From the NCBI GenBank assembly GCA_030390025.1, contig CM059432.1, forward strand, positions 131,132,001 to 131,196,000: a stretch of 64,000 nt of DNA, in the 5' to 3' direction. Below, one piece after another: positions 52,192 to 64,000 of the stretch (positions are counted from its first letter, which is position 1; each line of letters opens with the position of its first letter). A program made the position numbers and the translations under genes. Source of the DNA: Squalus acanthias (taxonomy: Eukaryota). The notes under the pieces are model-generated. The model was given only the letters and a program-made list of their open reading frames with translations. It was not told the DNA's origin and did not search any database.

Positions 52192-54171
52192 ATGACTACT
52201 TCAAGGGCCAAGGCCTCACCCCGTTTTGATGATGATTCCCTCCATGCTTTTGTGGAGGGAGTCAGAGGGCGCAAGGAGGTACTCTTCCCAGCCTCTGGAC
52301 GGAGGAAGCCTCCTCAGTAAAGCAAAGCAGCCTGGCTGCAAATTGCTCAGGAGGACAGCTCCAGATCGGTGTGCACTTGATCCTGGGTGCAATGCAGGAA
52401 AAGATTTAATGACTTGGTACACTCAGGAAAAGTGAGTATAACATCACAATTGCCCTCAGTCTGCTCCCCATCTCCTCTCATCACCACCACTCTGCCTTGT
52501 CAACCTACTCCTGCACATCCCACTTTACCCTTACATCCCTTGCACCCTTAACCATCCCTCTCTCTCTATGTACACAATCACTTCACTATTCGACTATGCT
52601 GCCCTCACACTCGCTATCACTGTTATGCAATGCCAACAACTAACAATGCACAGGGAGAGCCCTTGGTATTGGCACCTCACTCCATCTTTGTCTCCTTCTA
52701 AGCATCTATGCTATGGCTTCTCTACACTCACTCCATCATTCTCACTCAAACTCCACTTGTCTCCCTCATTACAGGAAAAGAGAGCCCACAATAAGAGGGA
52801 AAGGGCTAGGACAGGAGGAGGGACAAATTCCATTGCCCATTTCACCAACGCTGAGGAGGCTGCCCTCGAAATAATCAGAGGTGATGAGGATCTGGAAGTG
52901 GGGGACGGTCAGACGGGCGCAGCAGAGCAAGCTGGTGACAGAATAGATTTGTGTCTCTCTCATTTACATTGCATGAGTGACTGATATGGCATCTGATGCT
53001 CAAACAGATTGACTTATGATCATCTGCACAATTCGATGTGCATGCTACGTTAATATCACATGTCTAACTCATGCCTTTACTCCCCCACAGGACCATCGAC
53101 AGCCCCCCTCCCCACTGTCCAGGAGGAAGAGCCTGAGCCTGAAGACTCCTCAGAGGAACCTGCAACCTCTGAGGGCGCAGTGTCAGCAGAATTAAGTGGA
53201 CCCAGCACCAGCGCAGATACGCACGTCTCGGTGGGACTTTCGCGAGATAGAGTAGTGTTGTCACCAAGTGCATCACCGCTCACAAGTGAGCATCAGCAGA
53301 TGGTGGAGACAGGGACAGCAGTGGAGAGTCCTCGTTGGAGGCCGCAGGGCACCCTGTGCCTCTGGGGCCATCCAGAAAGAGAGCGGTGCTGAAACTCCAG
53401 GAACAAGTGCAGGAGTCTCTGGCATGTTTTGCATCCAGAGTTACTGCGAGCATGGAAATGATGGAGGAGTCCATGTCTAACATGAGCAGTGTCTTTGTGG
53501 AGGCAATGATGCATGAACGCACCACCACGGAAAGGATGCCAACCTCCGTCGAAACAATGGCTACCTCCATGCAAAGGATGGCTACCTCCGTTGAAAGGAT
53601 GGCTATGGTAGAAGAAAGGATGGCTACGGTCATGGAAGAAATAAGTCGCCAGAGTCAGGAAAAAATGGTGAATGTTCAGAATAGATTGACATCTCTGGAG
53701 GAGCGATGGGCAGCTATTGAGCAGAGAAACCAGAGCTTCATGGAAGTCCTTTTGAAGAGGACTGCCAGTGCAGATATGGGTCCTCATGGCCCCCCTGATG
53801 TGCAGTAAGGTGCTGTCCAGCCACTTGCTAGCACTGAAGTGGGGCTGACCCATGAGAGGGATGTTGGTGGCAGGCAACAAGGAAGTGTGGGCTCCTCTCC
53901 AAGCGCTCACACTCCCATGCTACTGCGTAGCCCTCGGTCAGAGCCCCACCAGAGTCCTCACCCAACTGAGATGGGCGTCTCAGCCCCTGCACAGCCGCAG
54001 GAGGAGCAGACTGTTGCCGAGCCCTCACAGGCTCGCAAACCCAGAGGACGTCTGCCAAAGGTGTCGAAGCAGGAGCAGCTTGAAAGGGAGCAAGGTGCCT
54101 CCACATCTGCTGAAGCCATAGGGGAAGCACCACGTGGAAGCACGCGTAAGAGGAAGATAAAGCACAATTAA
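52192..54171 (+). pseudogene. Harbinger Myb/SANT gene, 3 exons (52192-52431, 52775-52934, 53091-54171), disrupted
   Basis: MTTSRAKASPRFDDDSLHAFV...WLQIA...WVQCRKRFNDL | EKRAHNKRERARTGGG | GPST... Two stops in exon 1, a frameshift near 53350, and a stop at 53806. Confidence 0.85.
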
Positions 54172-54446
54172 TCACAAGGGTAGTCACTTGGGTGTTCTGT
54201 TCTGTTGTCTTTTGTTGTGTTTAATTTTTGGCATCGTCATCCTTTTGTGCATGTATAAAACAGAAGTCATGGCAAACAGTTGAAGGTCTGGCCTCTGTGT
54301 TCTGGGAAATGGAAGTTGCACATTGAGGGCTCAGGGCGACTTGCATTTGTAATGATAGTGGTGAGAGTGATAGGAACCCACAGATTCTTGTACATTGTGT
54401 ATGGTGTGATAAGAAGGTGCCAGCCACATGTGTTTGATTCACCTAC

Positions 54447-55634
54447 CTAAGTGAATCTGGCAAAGATTAGTGCATCCCTTGCATCGTGGGCAGCAATGTG
54501 TTTGCGTGCTGCTGGAGCTGCCTCATCCGCCTCCGCAAGGTCTTCCTCCTCCTCCTCCTCATCTGAGGAGGCTATGCGCTGAGCCACTTGTTCCTCAGGC
54601 AGCTGCAAGCCACGATGCTGTGTGATGTTGTGCAGTGCACAGCAGACCACGATAATTTTGGAGACCCTGGCTGCTGAGTACTGTAGGGCTCCACCTGATC
54701 CGTCAAGGCATCTGAATCGCATCTTCGGCAAGCCGATGATTTGCTTGATGATGGATCTGGTCGAAATGTGGCTGGCATTGTAGCGCTCCTCAGCTTCGTT
54801 CGATGGCCTCCTCAATGGCGTCATTAGCCACATCTTCAGGGGATAGCCCTTGTCTCCAAGTAGCCATCCAGAGAGTTGTCTTGGCGGATTGAAGAGCGGA
54901 GGTACACTAGACTGCCGCAGGATGAACGAGTCATGGCAACTGCCAGGGTACTTTGCGCAAACACGCATAATGTCCTTCCTGTGGTTACACACTAGCTGGA
55001 TGTTAAGGGAGTGGAAGCCCTTGCGGTTGACAAAAACAGCTGGGTTGTGATGGGGTGCCCTAATGGCCACATGTGTGCAGTCTAATGCAAGCCTGCCATA
55101 TTTGCAAAGCCAACCGCACACGCGGTTATACTTGCTTGATCCGTGGAGAAGTGGATGTAATTGTGCGCCTTTGCAAAGAGGGCATCGGTAACCTGCGTGA
55201 TGCAAGTGTGTGCGGCCGACTGGGAGATGCTGCTGATGAGCCCTGGAAGGACCCTGAAGCAAAAAAATTGAGTGTGGTGGTGACTTTGACAGCCACTGGT
55301 AAGGGGTGTCCACCCGCTCTCTGGGCTCCAGGTGTTGGTGCAGCATTGTGCAGATGTCAGCGACTACCTCTCGCAAAAGTCTCAGCCTCCTTTGACACTG
55401 CTGCTCATTCATGTTGAGGAAGGTCATCCTCGGCCTGTAAACCCTGTGTTGGGGATATCTCCTGCGGCGAGGTGCAGCCCTGCGCTGACGCCCTCTGCCC
55501 TGTGCAGCATCAGGTGGGTGAGGAGGAGGTTGGCGCTCCTGTTGCTGCTGCTGTTGTGCCTGGTTCTGCTGTTGCCGCGGCTGCTCTTCCTCCGAATCTG
55601 AGGACCAGGATGACAGGATATAAATGGTTCCCAT
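54447..55634 (-). pseudogene. Harbinger DDE transposase with compensating frameshifts
   Basis: [47 protein letters not shown]; acidic tail. The segment at about 55320-55090 is out of frame. Confidence 0.92.
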
Positions 55635-56428
55635 GCTGCTGGTAGATATCTCAGTTGAGGAAGCGCTCTGTCAATGTGGGGAGAGGGTTTTCCCAGGAGG
55701 TCACAGTGGAGATGGATCTCAGCTTCACCACTTACAAGATCAGTAGACCTGCAAAAAGATTTCCAAGACCTGAAAAAACAAAGTTCTGTCATCTGTAAGT
55801 GAGCCTTGTTGAGCACTCCATTTTTATGCTGCAGCTGCAGCTGTCAAGAAGTCAGCCACTTGGTGAACCCGGTGCAATCAGCTGCCGTGGTTTGGGAACG
55901 GTGTGGAACACGCAGAAGTGGAAAAATCAAAAATCGCTGGTAAAATAGACTTATCCAGGCAGTTAACAAGCTGTTAACTGCCTTAAGGGCCTCTCCCACT
56001 GCTTGGTGGCGGGTCCGATCGGGAGTCTGGGAGCCCGCATTTGGGAAAGTTGCGCGGAGGCAGGTTGACGGCGGGATCGGACCCCACCGTCAATATTTGC
56101 GATTTTACCCTCTGACCCGCCTCCAAACCCGCCCTCTGAGTGCTGGCAAAATCACGGCCTAAGTCTTTTTGTTGTTCTACTCCTTTTAAAATGTATAATT
56201 CCTCTCATTTTTTTCTTCCCAAAATGTATTGCCTCGCATTTCTCTGCATAAAACTTAATCTGACATCTGTCTGTCCAATCTGCAAACTTGTCATGTCCAG
56301 AGGTGGTCATAGGTCTCTTTACAGTTAACCACAGTCCCTATTTCTATGTCATCTACAAATGTTGACATTGTGCCCAAATACCTCAGTTCAGATTATTCAT
56401 GTATATTGAGAAGAGCATTGGTCCTAAC

Positions 56429-56557
56429 CAATGTTCCCTTTGAGCGCAGCGGCTCATCGGCTTTTAAATAGGAAAAACCGTGCATGCTTGGTATTTGAAT
56501 GGGCCACGCAGCCCCTTAAAGGGGCCGCAGACCCTCAAAAAATTAAAGGAAACATTG
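56429..56557. mobile_element. hAT MITE (same family as 24047)
   Basis: TIR CAATGTTCCCTTT / AAAGGAAACATTG. 8-bp TSD GTCCTAAC. Shared core TTTGAATGGGCCA...TTAAAGGGGCCGCA. Confidence 0.85.
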
Positions 56558-58724
56558 GTCCTAACACTGACCACTGATCTACTAGAGTTACAGATAGGAT
56601 TCCTGCCAAAGGTTGTGTCCCATTTTCATTTAGGTTAAGAAATTGAGATTTCTTGCTACTATCCTCCCCATTACAATTTGGAGTTAGATTCCATTGTGAG
56701 GATGCTGTGCGGTGATAGCATATTAATTTCATTGTAATTGGTGGTGGAATTCATTACAAATAGAAACAGAAAATATTGGAAACACTCAGCAGATCAGACA
56801 GCATCTGTGGAGAGAACAGAGAAATTAACGTTTTGCGTATGTGACCACTTTGTCGGAATCATGATTTTTAAATCTGTTTAGATTATTTGTACTGTAATGA
56901 ATCCCACCATCAATCACAGTGATAATTTGTTTTTCTGGTCCTAAGGTTCTTAGTAATCCTGGCCCCCAGTTTCTTCTTTGCTGCAATGTATGTGAATCTT
57001 TGGCGGGTGGGACTTCTACCACCCCTTGCCTATGCCTCAAAACTGGCCCATTTCCTGGGGTCAGGTCAGGTTGATGTAAATAAGGATGATCGGCATTGGG
57101 ACTCTTTATATCATTGGTAAGTGCCTTCCTTGGGTGCTTAAAAATAACTTTACAAGTTTAACATTTTCAAAATTCCCACTTTGTTTAATGCAGTTGTTCA
57201 CTAAGCAAAGAAGCCATTTAAATACCCCTGCAGCCTAAAGCAACACTGGATGGAGGAATGCACCAGCATTGTTAAAGCACAGTTGGTGGGAAATACATCC
57301 GACGAAGGGTTTCGACCTGAAACGTTAACTCTCTTTCTCTCTCCACGGATGTTGCCTGGCCTGCTGAGTTTTTCCAGCGTTTTCTGTTGTTATTTCGGAT
57401 TTCCAGCATCTGCAGTATTTTGCTATCGTATGATGTCATCCCATTGTTTGCATCTAATTATAGTATGTATGACCCTCCACCCAGGCCATCCTGCTTTACT
57501 AGCAAAACAAACCACGAAAAATAGCCCTAACAGTGATTTGCTAAATGGCTCAGGGAATGTATTCTCTTTGTTCTTAGGCATTTGAGTCAGTTAAAGGCTA
57601 TTCCATCCATCCATGACTAGTTTGTGGTCATTTCTGAACACATGTCTCACCATATCCAAAGCAGGTACCTGGAGTAATGGACATGTCTTGACCAAATACT
57701 AGTGTTTGGATTTAGCAGCTGTGGATGGTGCTTACTTTGGCAGTTGCCTTGGTGGCTGGAATCGCCATTCCCCCACAACGATCTCCCTTCTCTTCATCCT
57801 CAGGTCCAACTTGACGAGTCTCCAAAGATATGTGGATAATGCGAAATGAAGAAAGATTACTTGCATTCTTCGACTTAGAATCCTCCACAAACCACACTTG
57901 CAAACCACACTTGCACCAACCATCCTTTCATAACCTGTGGGGAATTCAATAATCTAACATCGCCTCTTTTCAGATATTGGGGAAAAAATGAATTGAAGCT
58001 GCAAGGCAGGGCAAAACTTTTATGCAGGGTGGGAGTGAGATTGTGTCTTGAGGACATCATAACAGCATAAAATTTCTTAAAGAGTGATTGTCCCCTATAT
58101 GTGATTTAATTCTAGTTGAACATAGTATGGCACTGATCCACTCAGGCGGTTTATGTAATATGCTTATTCAAAGAATGAAGGACCAATAAGTAGATAATCT
58201 ATCTTTTATTTACCTCCTGATTATTGGAACATATCTCATCATTTGGAATTGTATTTTTAATACAAAGTGGAATACGATAAACCAGTGTTTGTACCTGATT
58301 CAGGATATATTATTAAAAATCTTGCATATAGTGTGTACTTCTTGTACACATTAACTTTACTTCCCGTATTACACTTTTATAATGGAAGCCCCGTATGACA
58401 GCATGTCGCAATGAAAAAAAAATTTCATGTCAACATTTTATAATGAGAAATCCTACTCTAAACATATCACTATTCAAGGTGCGTTTTCTGATGAACTAAC
58501 TGAATCACCCAAAATGCTTTAAAAAAAAATGTTGTACTCCATTTTTTTCAGTAATTGAAATTTGTTCAGTATGAGCTTATAAGCAAAAAAAAAATGCAAA
58601 AATACATGTTTCACAATAATATGATTATAATTATCTATTGAATTTGCTATGGTGTCTTTTTATACATTAATTGATTTGTTTTAGTTAAGGCCTCAACCTC
58701 TCCCAAAAGCCTGCTCTTGGACAT

Positions 58725-58862
58725 GAATCAAGGGATATGGGGATCAGGTGGGAAAGGGGAGTTGAGGTCGAAGATCAACCATGTTCTTATTGAATGGCGG
58801 AGCAGGCTCGAGGGGCCATATGGCCTACGCCTGCTCCTAATTCTTATGTTCTTATGTTCTTA
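58725..58862 (+). mobile_element. CR1 3' end
   Basis: GAATGGCGGAGCAGGCTCGAGGGGCC followed by a (TTCTTATG)n tail. Confidence 0.8.
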
Positions 58863-60645
58863 TATTTTTGCCCAGAATGGTGACTATTAGCTGAAGGTAG
58901 ATCCTTCAGTATGACTATAAGCAATGTCCCCAATTCCCCCAGGATGCATCACTCTAATTTAAACTAGCTAAATTATAGAATGCTTCTCTCAATCTCTAAA
59001 AACATCTATTTGGTTGTTTTTCAAAATTATTTGAGGAAAAGCTAGAGAACAAATTTCAAAATCTTTATTAAGGTAAATTTTATATTGAGCATTTGTTTTA
59101 AACAAAGAGGCTATGTGTACATGTGAGAGAGGGGGAGAAACTTGACAACTAGTACTGATTGGACAACTGTTGTAGCTTTAGTTGGTATACTCTAAATTAA
59201 ACAGAGGAAAAGACACAGAGTGTCTTTCCTAGTTCCAATTTGAATTTTTTTTTAAAAGATTAAATTTGAAAGCAAACAAAGCCTCTAATCACCAGTGTTT
59301 TGTTGATGGCAGAAAATATAAATATAATTAATTACTGACATCTGTGAGACAAAGTGAATGTGAGAGAGAGAGACACACACAGAGGGAGATGCACACAGAG
59401 ATGCACCTTGGAAAAAAAAATCACAAAACACTAAATTTAATGTTTACAGCAATCACTTAAACAGTTTCAAGCCACTGCTACCAGACTTCTCCCGCAATGC
59501 TGTCAAGTACGTGCCCTCCCTTGCCTTCACTGCTAACAGACACCAGAAATTCACAGGACAACTCACAGTACTGCCAAAGTGCAAGACCACACAGTACTGC
59601 TAAATATGAGCACAATTTATGAGGGTTCCCCTAATCTCTGACTAACTTTGACAGGATCCCCAGAGAAATGGCATAAGTGTTACAAATGGCTGTTCATAGT
59701 GAATCTCCAGGGATTCCACTGATCTCCAGCTGAAGTTATGCTGGGAGATCAGGAGAACCCTGTGCTCATTCACACCCCCCCAGCTGTTTAACTACAATTA
59801 GTGCATTTTGCTATGAATTCTCTACGTGGAATTTCCACAGAGGTTCTCCAAAGCGAGATTGGCGGAACCCTCACAGAAATAGTCTAAACAGTTAAAAACG
59901 GACAGTTATGCTATTTCTTCTGAGGTTTCTGCCAATCTCCTACTGAAGTTATGGCAGGAGATTGGGAGAAACATCAGACATCCAGGGCTGCCATCTTTAA
60001 AACTGGTAAGAAATCAAATTTAAATACATAATGAAAGAAAGACTTGCATTTATATAGTGCCTTTCACAACCTCAGGATGCTCCAAAGTGCTTTACAACCA
60101 ATGAAGTCCTTTTGAAGTGTATTCACTGTTGTAATGTTAGAATGTAACACAGGTGAAAGAATAAAAACAGAAAATGCTGGAAATACTCAGCAGGTCAGGC
60201 AGCATCTGTAGAGAGAGAAACAGAGTTAACGTTTCAGGTCGATGACCCTTCGTCAGAACTCTGAGGGCCACTGTTAGTATCGCAGAGGCCTGATCTTCAA
60301 ACACACTTTGCCAGGCAAATATCGTAGGTGCCTCGGGCATCACAATTCAGGCGCATGGGTTGTACCCTGCGCAGGGGTGCACCTAAAAATGGGCATGCCT
60401 GAATTTCTAGGCCTATGTGTTATAGTCTAATTTGATTGTATCATTATCTTGTGTATATGAACTATGACACTAAAATGCAATTTTCACTTTATAACCAAAT
60501 TAGAAGAAAGTAAACATGTTTCAAAACTATAATTGTCCAATATATAATTGTGATCTAATTAAGTTGTCTTTGCACTAATGATAACATTTGTTCAAATCTA
60601 CATATTTTGTTCTTTGTACTGATCTTTTTAAATGATTCCCCTCAG

Positions 60646-60739
60646 GCATGCGATGCACTAAACCAGTTCCACCTTGTTGATCATTCAAACAAAATACAGT
60701 TCTTTTACCTGAAATATCTGGAGCCGGATGTGTTTGAAG
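60646..60739 (+). CDS. Host gene exon E: ACDALNQFHLVDHSNKIQFFYLKYLEPDVFE (post-ankyrin linker)
   Basis: TTCCCCTCAG acceptor and GTGTGA donor. 94 nt, phase 0/1. In frame with exon D. The MPxVAxxALxQF...FYL..LEP pattern is recalled from pyrexia-like TRPA proteins. Confidence 0.75.
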
Positions 60740-60820
60740 GTGTGATTTATTTTTTATACTTGAACTGGCATAGTCGAATGCAGATTTAATTAAAGAGGTA
60801 ATTGATTGCCGTGTTTCATT

Positions 60821-61296
60821 GTGGTAGATTTTCACTGGCACTGCTGGGCCGAAACAGTGCGTTGGGTAAACGCTTACCGCCCTATTCCTGCTTCCAATCC
60901 AGCCAGTGCCAACTTTGAAAGGGCAATCGCTGGATTGCCCGCCTGAATCAGGTGGTAGGCTCTTTTAAAATGTGCTGTGCATGCTCTGCTTAGTATCAGC
61001 TGGTAGTGTACCTACAGAGGAGCCCAGAAGGTAAGTTTTAATTTACATTTGTGAGGGCAGGAAGAACAGGAGTGCTCCTCCAGGCTCCACAAAAACAACC
61101 TGAGCTACTCCCATACTGGTTTTCCCCCCTCCTCGCCCCTGACCTACCTTCTTCTGGTCAGCGGGGTGCCCTAGGATACCAGTTTTCCGCCTGCAGCTCG
61201 CCAGCCATATGGTAATGCAGCCCGGCTCTCAAGATGGACCAGGCCTCCTGTCGAGACTATCGGGCAACCAGCCACCCAAAATTAAAAATCTACCCC
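60821..61296. mobile_element. Harbinger-type MITE
   Basis: TIR GTGGTAGATTTT / AAAATCTACCCC, TSD ATT. Confidence 0.7.
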
Positions 61297-61731
61297 ATTG
61301 TATTTCTTCTTCAGGACAGGTATATTTTACTAAGTGCTGGGTTCCACCACTCTTTAGTGATTTTTCCTCAGCTAAAATGTACTGAAGGGTTGACCTTTTT
61401 AAGATGTGTGTATTGATTTCAGGGATGATGCATGTGTTCCTTCATGTGCATTGCATAAGGAACGCACCATCCATAATACCAGTTCCTTGTGTTGGTAAAT
61501 CATTCTGGCCTTGCTTTCACGATGCTCCTTTCACAAATTTTGATTTTCTTATTTTTATAATAGTCTTTGTTTCATTCCTAACTTTATTTCTCATTAAACT
61601 TTGACTTTACTGAAAATTGACCATCACTGTGACATTTGCTACCCAATGTGACACTTAAGATGGTTCCCAGATCATGATTCAACCACTGCATCAAGCATAA
61701 TCATACGTTTGATTGTTGCTGGACACAATTG

Positions 61732-62098
61732 GGGCTGGATTTTGTCTTGGGTTCGTGTCATTCGCATTTCGTGTTCCCCTCCCCGACTCCAGATTAATGT
61801 GGATGAATGATGCAATTTTCACTTAATTGGGCAATTGAGTTCCAGCATGTGGGAACCCATGAACCAATTAGTGGTTTCAGTCTGAAAGTCGCCTCTGATG
61901 ATGTCATCATTGCAGGTCAGAGACTGACTGCCTAGAGAGAGAGAGAGAGAGAATTAGAATTTTTTGGAGGCGGGACGGAGTCAGGAACCCCGCAACCGAT
62001 TTTGTCAAAATTGCATGGAGTCGAGACCACCGAATCTGCAACTTTAACCCCCCACACGCCTCCAAACCCGACTCCACGGGTCATTGAAAATCCAGCTC
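61732..62098. mobile_element. Harbinger MITE, deletion relative of 47429-48090 (inverted)
   Basis: TIR GGGCTGGATTTT / AAAATCCAGCTC, TSD TTG. Both arms match the 47429 element. Confidence 0.8.
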
Positions 62099-63009
62099 TT
62101 GATGTTTGTTATCTATTTCCTTGAAGCACCACACTGGTGATGCCAAAGTGCCATGGGCTCGAAACCAGAGAGATTGACTCCACGTACTTCAGGGGCTCTT
62201 TCAGTACCAGATCTGGTGGAGGCCCATGCTGTTGGCCTCACCGACTTCAGTGCTGACTGGTACCATTCGCATTGATCAACTCTTGCAATCAGCAATAGTC
62301 AATGCCATTCTGACGGCCAAGTTTAAGATTCAAGGTATGACATCAGCAATATGTACTGAGCTCCTTCCGCTTAGAATCATAGATTCATAGAATAGTACAG
62401 CACAGAAGGAGACCATTCGTTCCATGTCAGGATAGTACCATTTGAGCTTGATGGGATTCACCACTTAGCAAAACTATGTCCCTTTCAGTGCTAATTGGAA
62501 GCAATTTATGACACATATGCATTGATCATCACTGATTTCCAAATATGCACCATCAAGGGATACCCTGCTGCCATATCCCAGCCTTGGCCCACTTCCCAGC
62601 TTGAGCAGTCTGCATGGTTGTTTGACATATTCAACTCCAGGATTGTACAGAAATTCAATGTGGTAATCCTGTGGTAGGCCCCCCAAACTCAATAGATATG
62701 CATCAGGTAGCCCATCTCTGACTTAGTTTTGGGGCGATTGTCAGACATTGATCTTTGTTGTTGTGCTATACATTGAGGACATTTCCCTCGCAGAGCTCAC
62801 ACCAATACCTTATGGTCTCCATGTTGGTGGGTGAATTTTGCTGTACTGATGAAAGTTTGACATCCTGCTCTATTTCATACATGTATCCCCCTCCCACCTC
62901 CACGTAAAGACCTTTTTCTATTCATTCTCTCCAGCTTCTTGGGGATGTTCAGGTTCCACAAACTTCTAACTTTCTCCAGAATGGCAAGGGCTTAACTCTA
63001 GGGAATTTG

Positions 63010-63935
63010 AATTTTTTAAATTTGTTTACGGGATGTGGCTGTCACTGGCAAGACCAGCATTTATTGCCCATCCCTAATTGCCCTTGAGAAGGAGGTGGTG
63101 AGCCTCCTTCTTGAACCGCTGCAGTCCATGTGGTGAAGGTACTCCCACAATGCTTTTGGGGAGGGAGTTCCAGGATTTTGACCCAGCGACTATGAAGGAA
63201 CAGCGATATATTTCCAAGTCAGGATGGTGTGTGACTTGGAAGGGGACTTGCAGGTGGTGTTCCCATGCACCTGCTGCCCTTGTCCTTCTAGGTGGTAGAG
63301 GTTGCGGGTTTTGGAGGTGCTGTTGAAGAAGCTTTGGCGAGTTGCTGCAGTGCATCTTGTAGATGGTACACACTGCAGCCATGGTGCACCGGTGGTGGAG
63401 GGAGTGAATGTTCATGGTGGTGAATGGGGTGCTAATCATGTGGGCTGCTTTGTCCTGGATGGTGTCGAGCTTCTTGAGTGTTGTTGGAGCTGCACTCATC
63501 CAGGCAATTGGAGAGTATTCCATCGCACTCCTGACTTGTGCCTTGTAGATGTTGGAAAGGCTTTGGGGAGTCAGGAGGTGAGAAACTCGCTGCAGAATAC
63601 CCAGTCTCTGACCTACTCTTGTAGCTACAGTATTTATGTGGCTAATCCAGTTAAGTTTCTGGTCAATGGTGACCCCCAGGATGTTGATGGTGGGGGATTC
63701 AGCGACGGTAATGCCGTTGAATGTCAAGGGGTGGTGGTTAGACTCTCTCTAGTAGTCATTGTTTGGCACTTGTGTGGCACGAATGTTACTTGCCACTTAT
63801 CAGCCCAAGCATGAATGTCGTCCAGGTCTTGCTGCATGCAGGCACGGACTGCTTAATTATCTGAGGAGTTGCGAATGGAACTGAACACTGCAATCATCAG
63901 CGAACATCCCCACTTCTGACTCTGTGATGGAGGGT
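63010..63935 (-). mobile_element. CR1-group LINE family 2, 3' fragment
   Basis: ORF 63074..63727 (ILGVTIDQKLNW...YKAQVRSAMEYS...WNSLP) is homologous to 7085-7873. Confidence 0.85.
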
Positions 63936-64000
63936 AGGTCCAATGGCTGAAACCAAGCTAACCAGTGATACTGACACCTCAGTGCACCATTATGTGTTGT

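Larger units (their letters stand above)
51919..56159. mobile_element. Near-complete PIF/Harbinger transposon (4.24 kb) inserted in an old - strand CR1
   Basis: TIR GGCCGCGATTTT / AAAATCACGGCC, TSD TAA, convergent Myb and transposase genes. Confidence 0.93.

Noticed and set aside
62100..62700. Possible sixth host exon
   Set aside because: I found no phase-1 acceptor giving a convincing TRP-like continuation.

Overview
Eukaryotic genomic DNA, most likely from a cartilaginous fish, judging by the CR1, DeuSINE-like, Penelope-like and Harbinger repeats recognised from memory. The window lies inside one + strand gene. Five internal exons (951-1037, 23593-23743, 33374-33535, 45907-46016, 60646-60739; 604 nt) splice in frame with GT-AG junctions. 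They encode about five ankyrin repeats plus a post-ankyrin linker that resembles pyrexia-like ('basal') TRPA channels rather than TRPA1. The start and the transmembrane part are not in the window. The introns (10-22 kb) are mostly transposon-derived. They contain a full-length CR1 with a 65-bp 5' monomer array that is part of a five-level insertion nest, four two-gene PIF/Harbinger relics (transposase plus spliced Myb/SANT gene), many Harbinger-type MITEs, two hAT MITEs, a young CsRn1-type Gypsy element, a solo LTR, and RTE, L2, SINE and Penelope-like fragments. Most short ORFs in the supplied track are repeat-derived or spurious.
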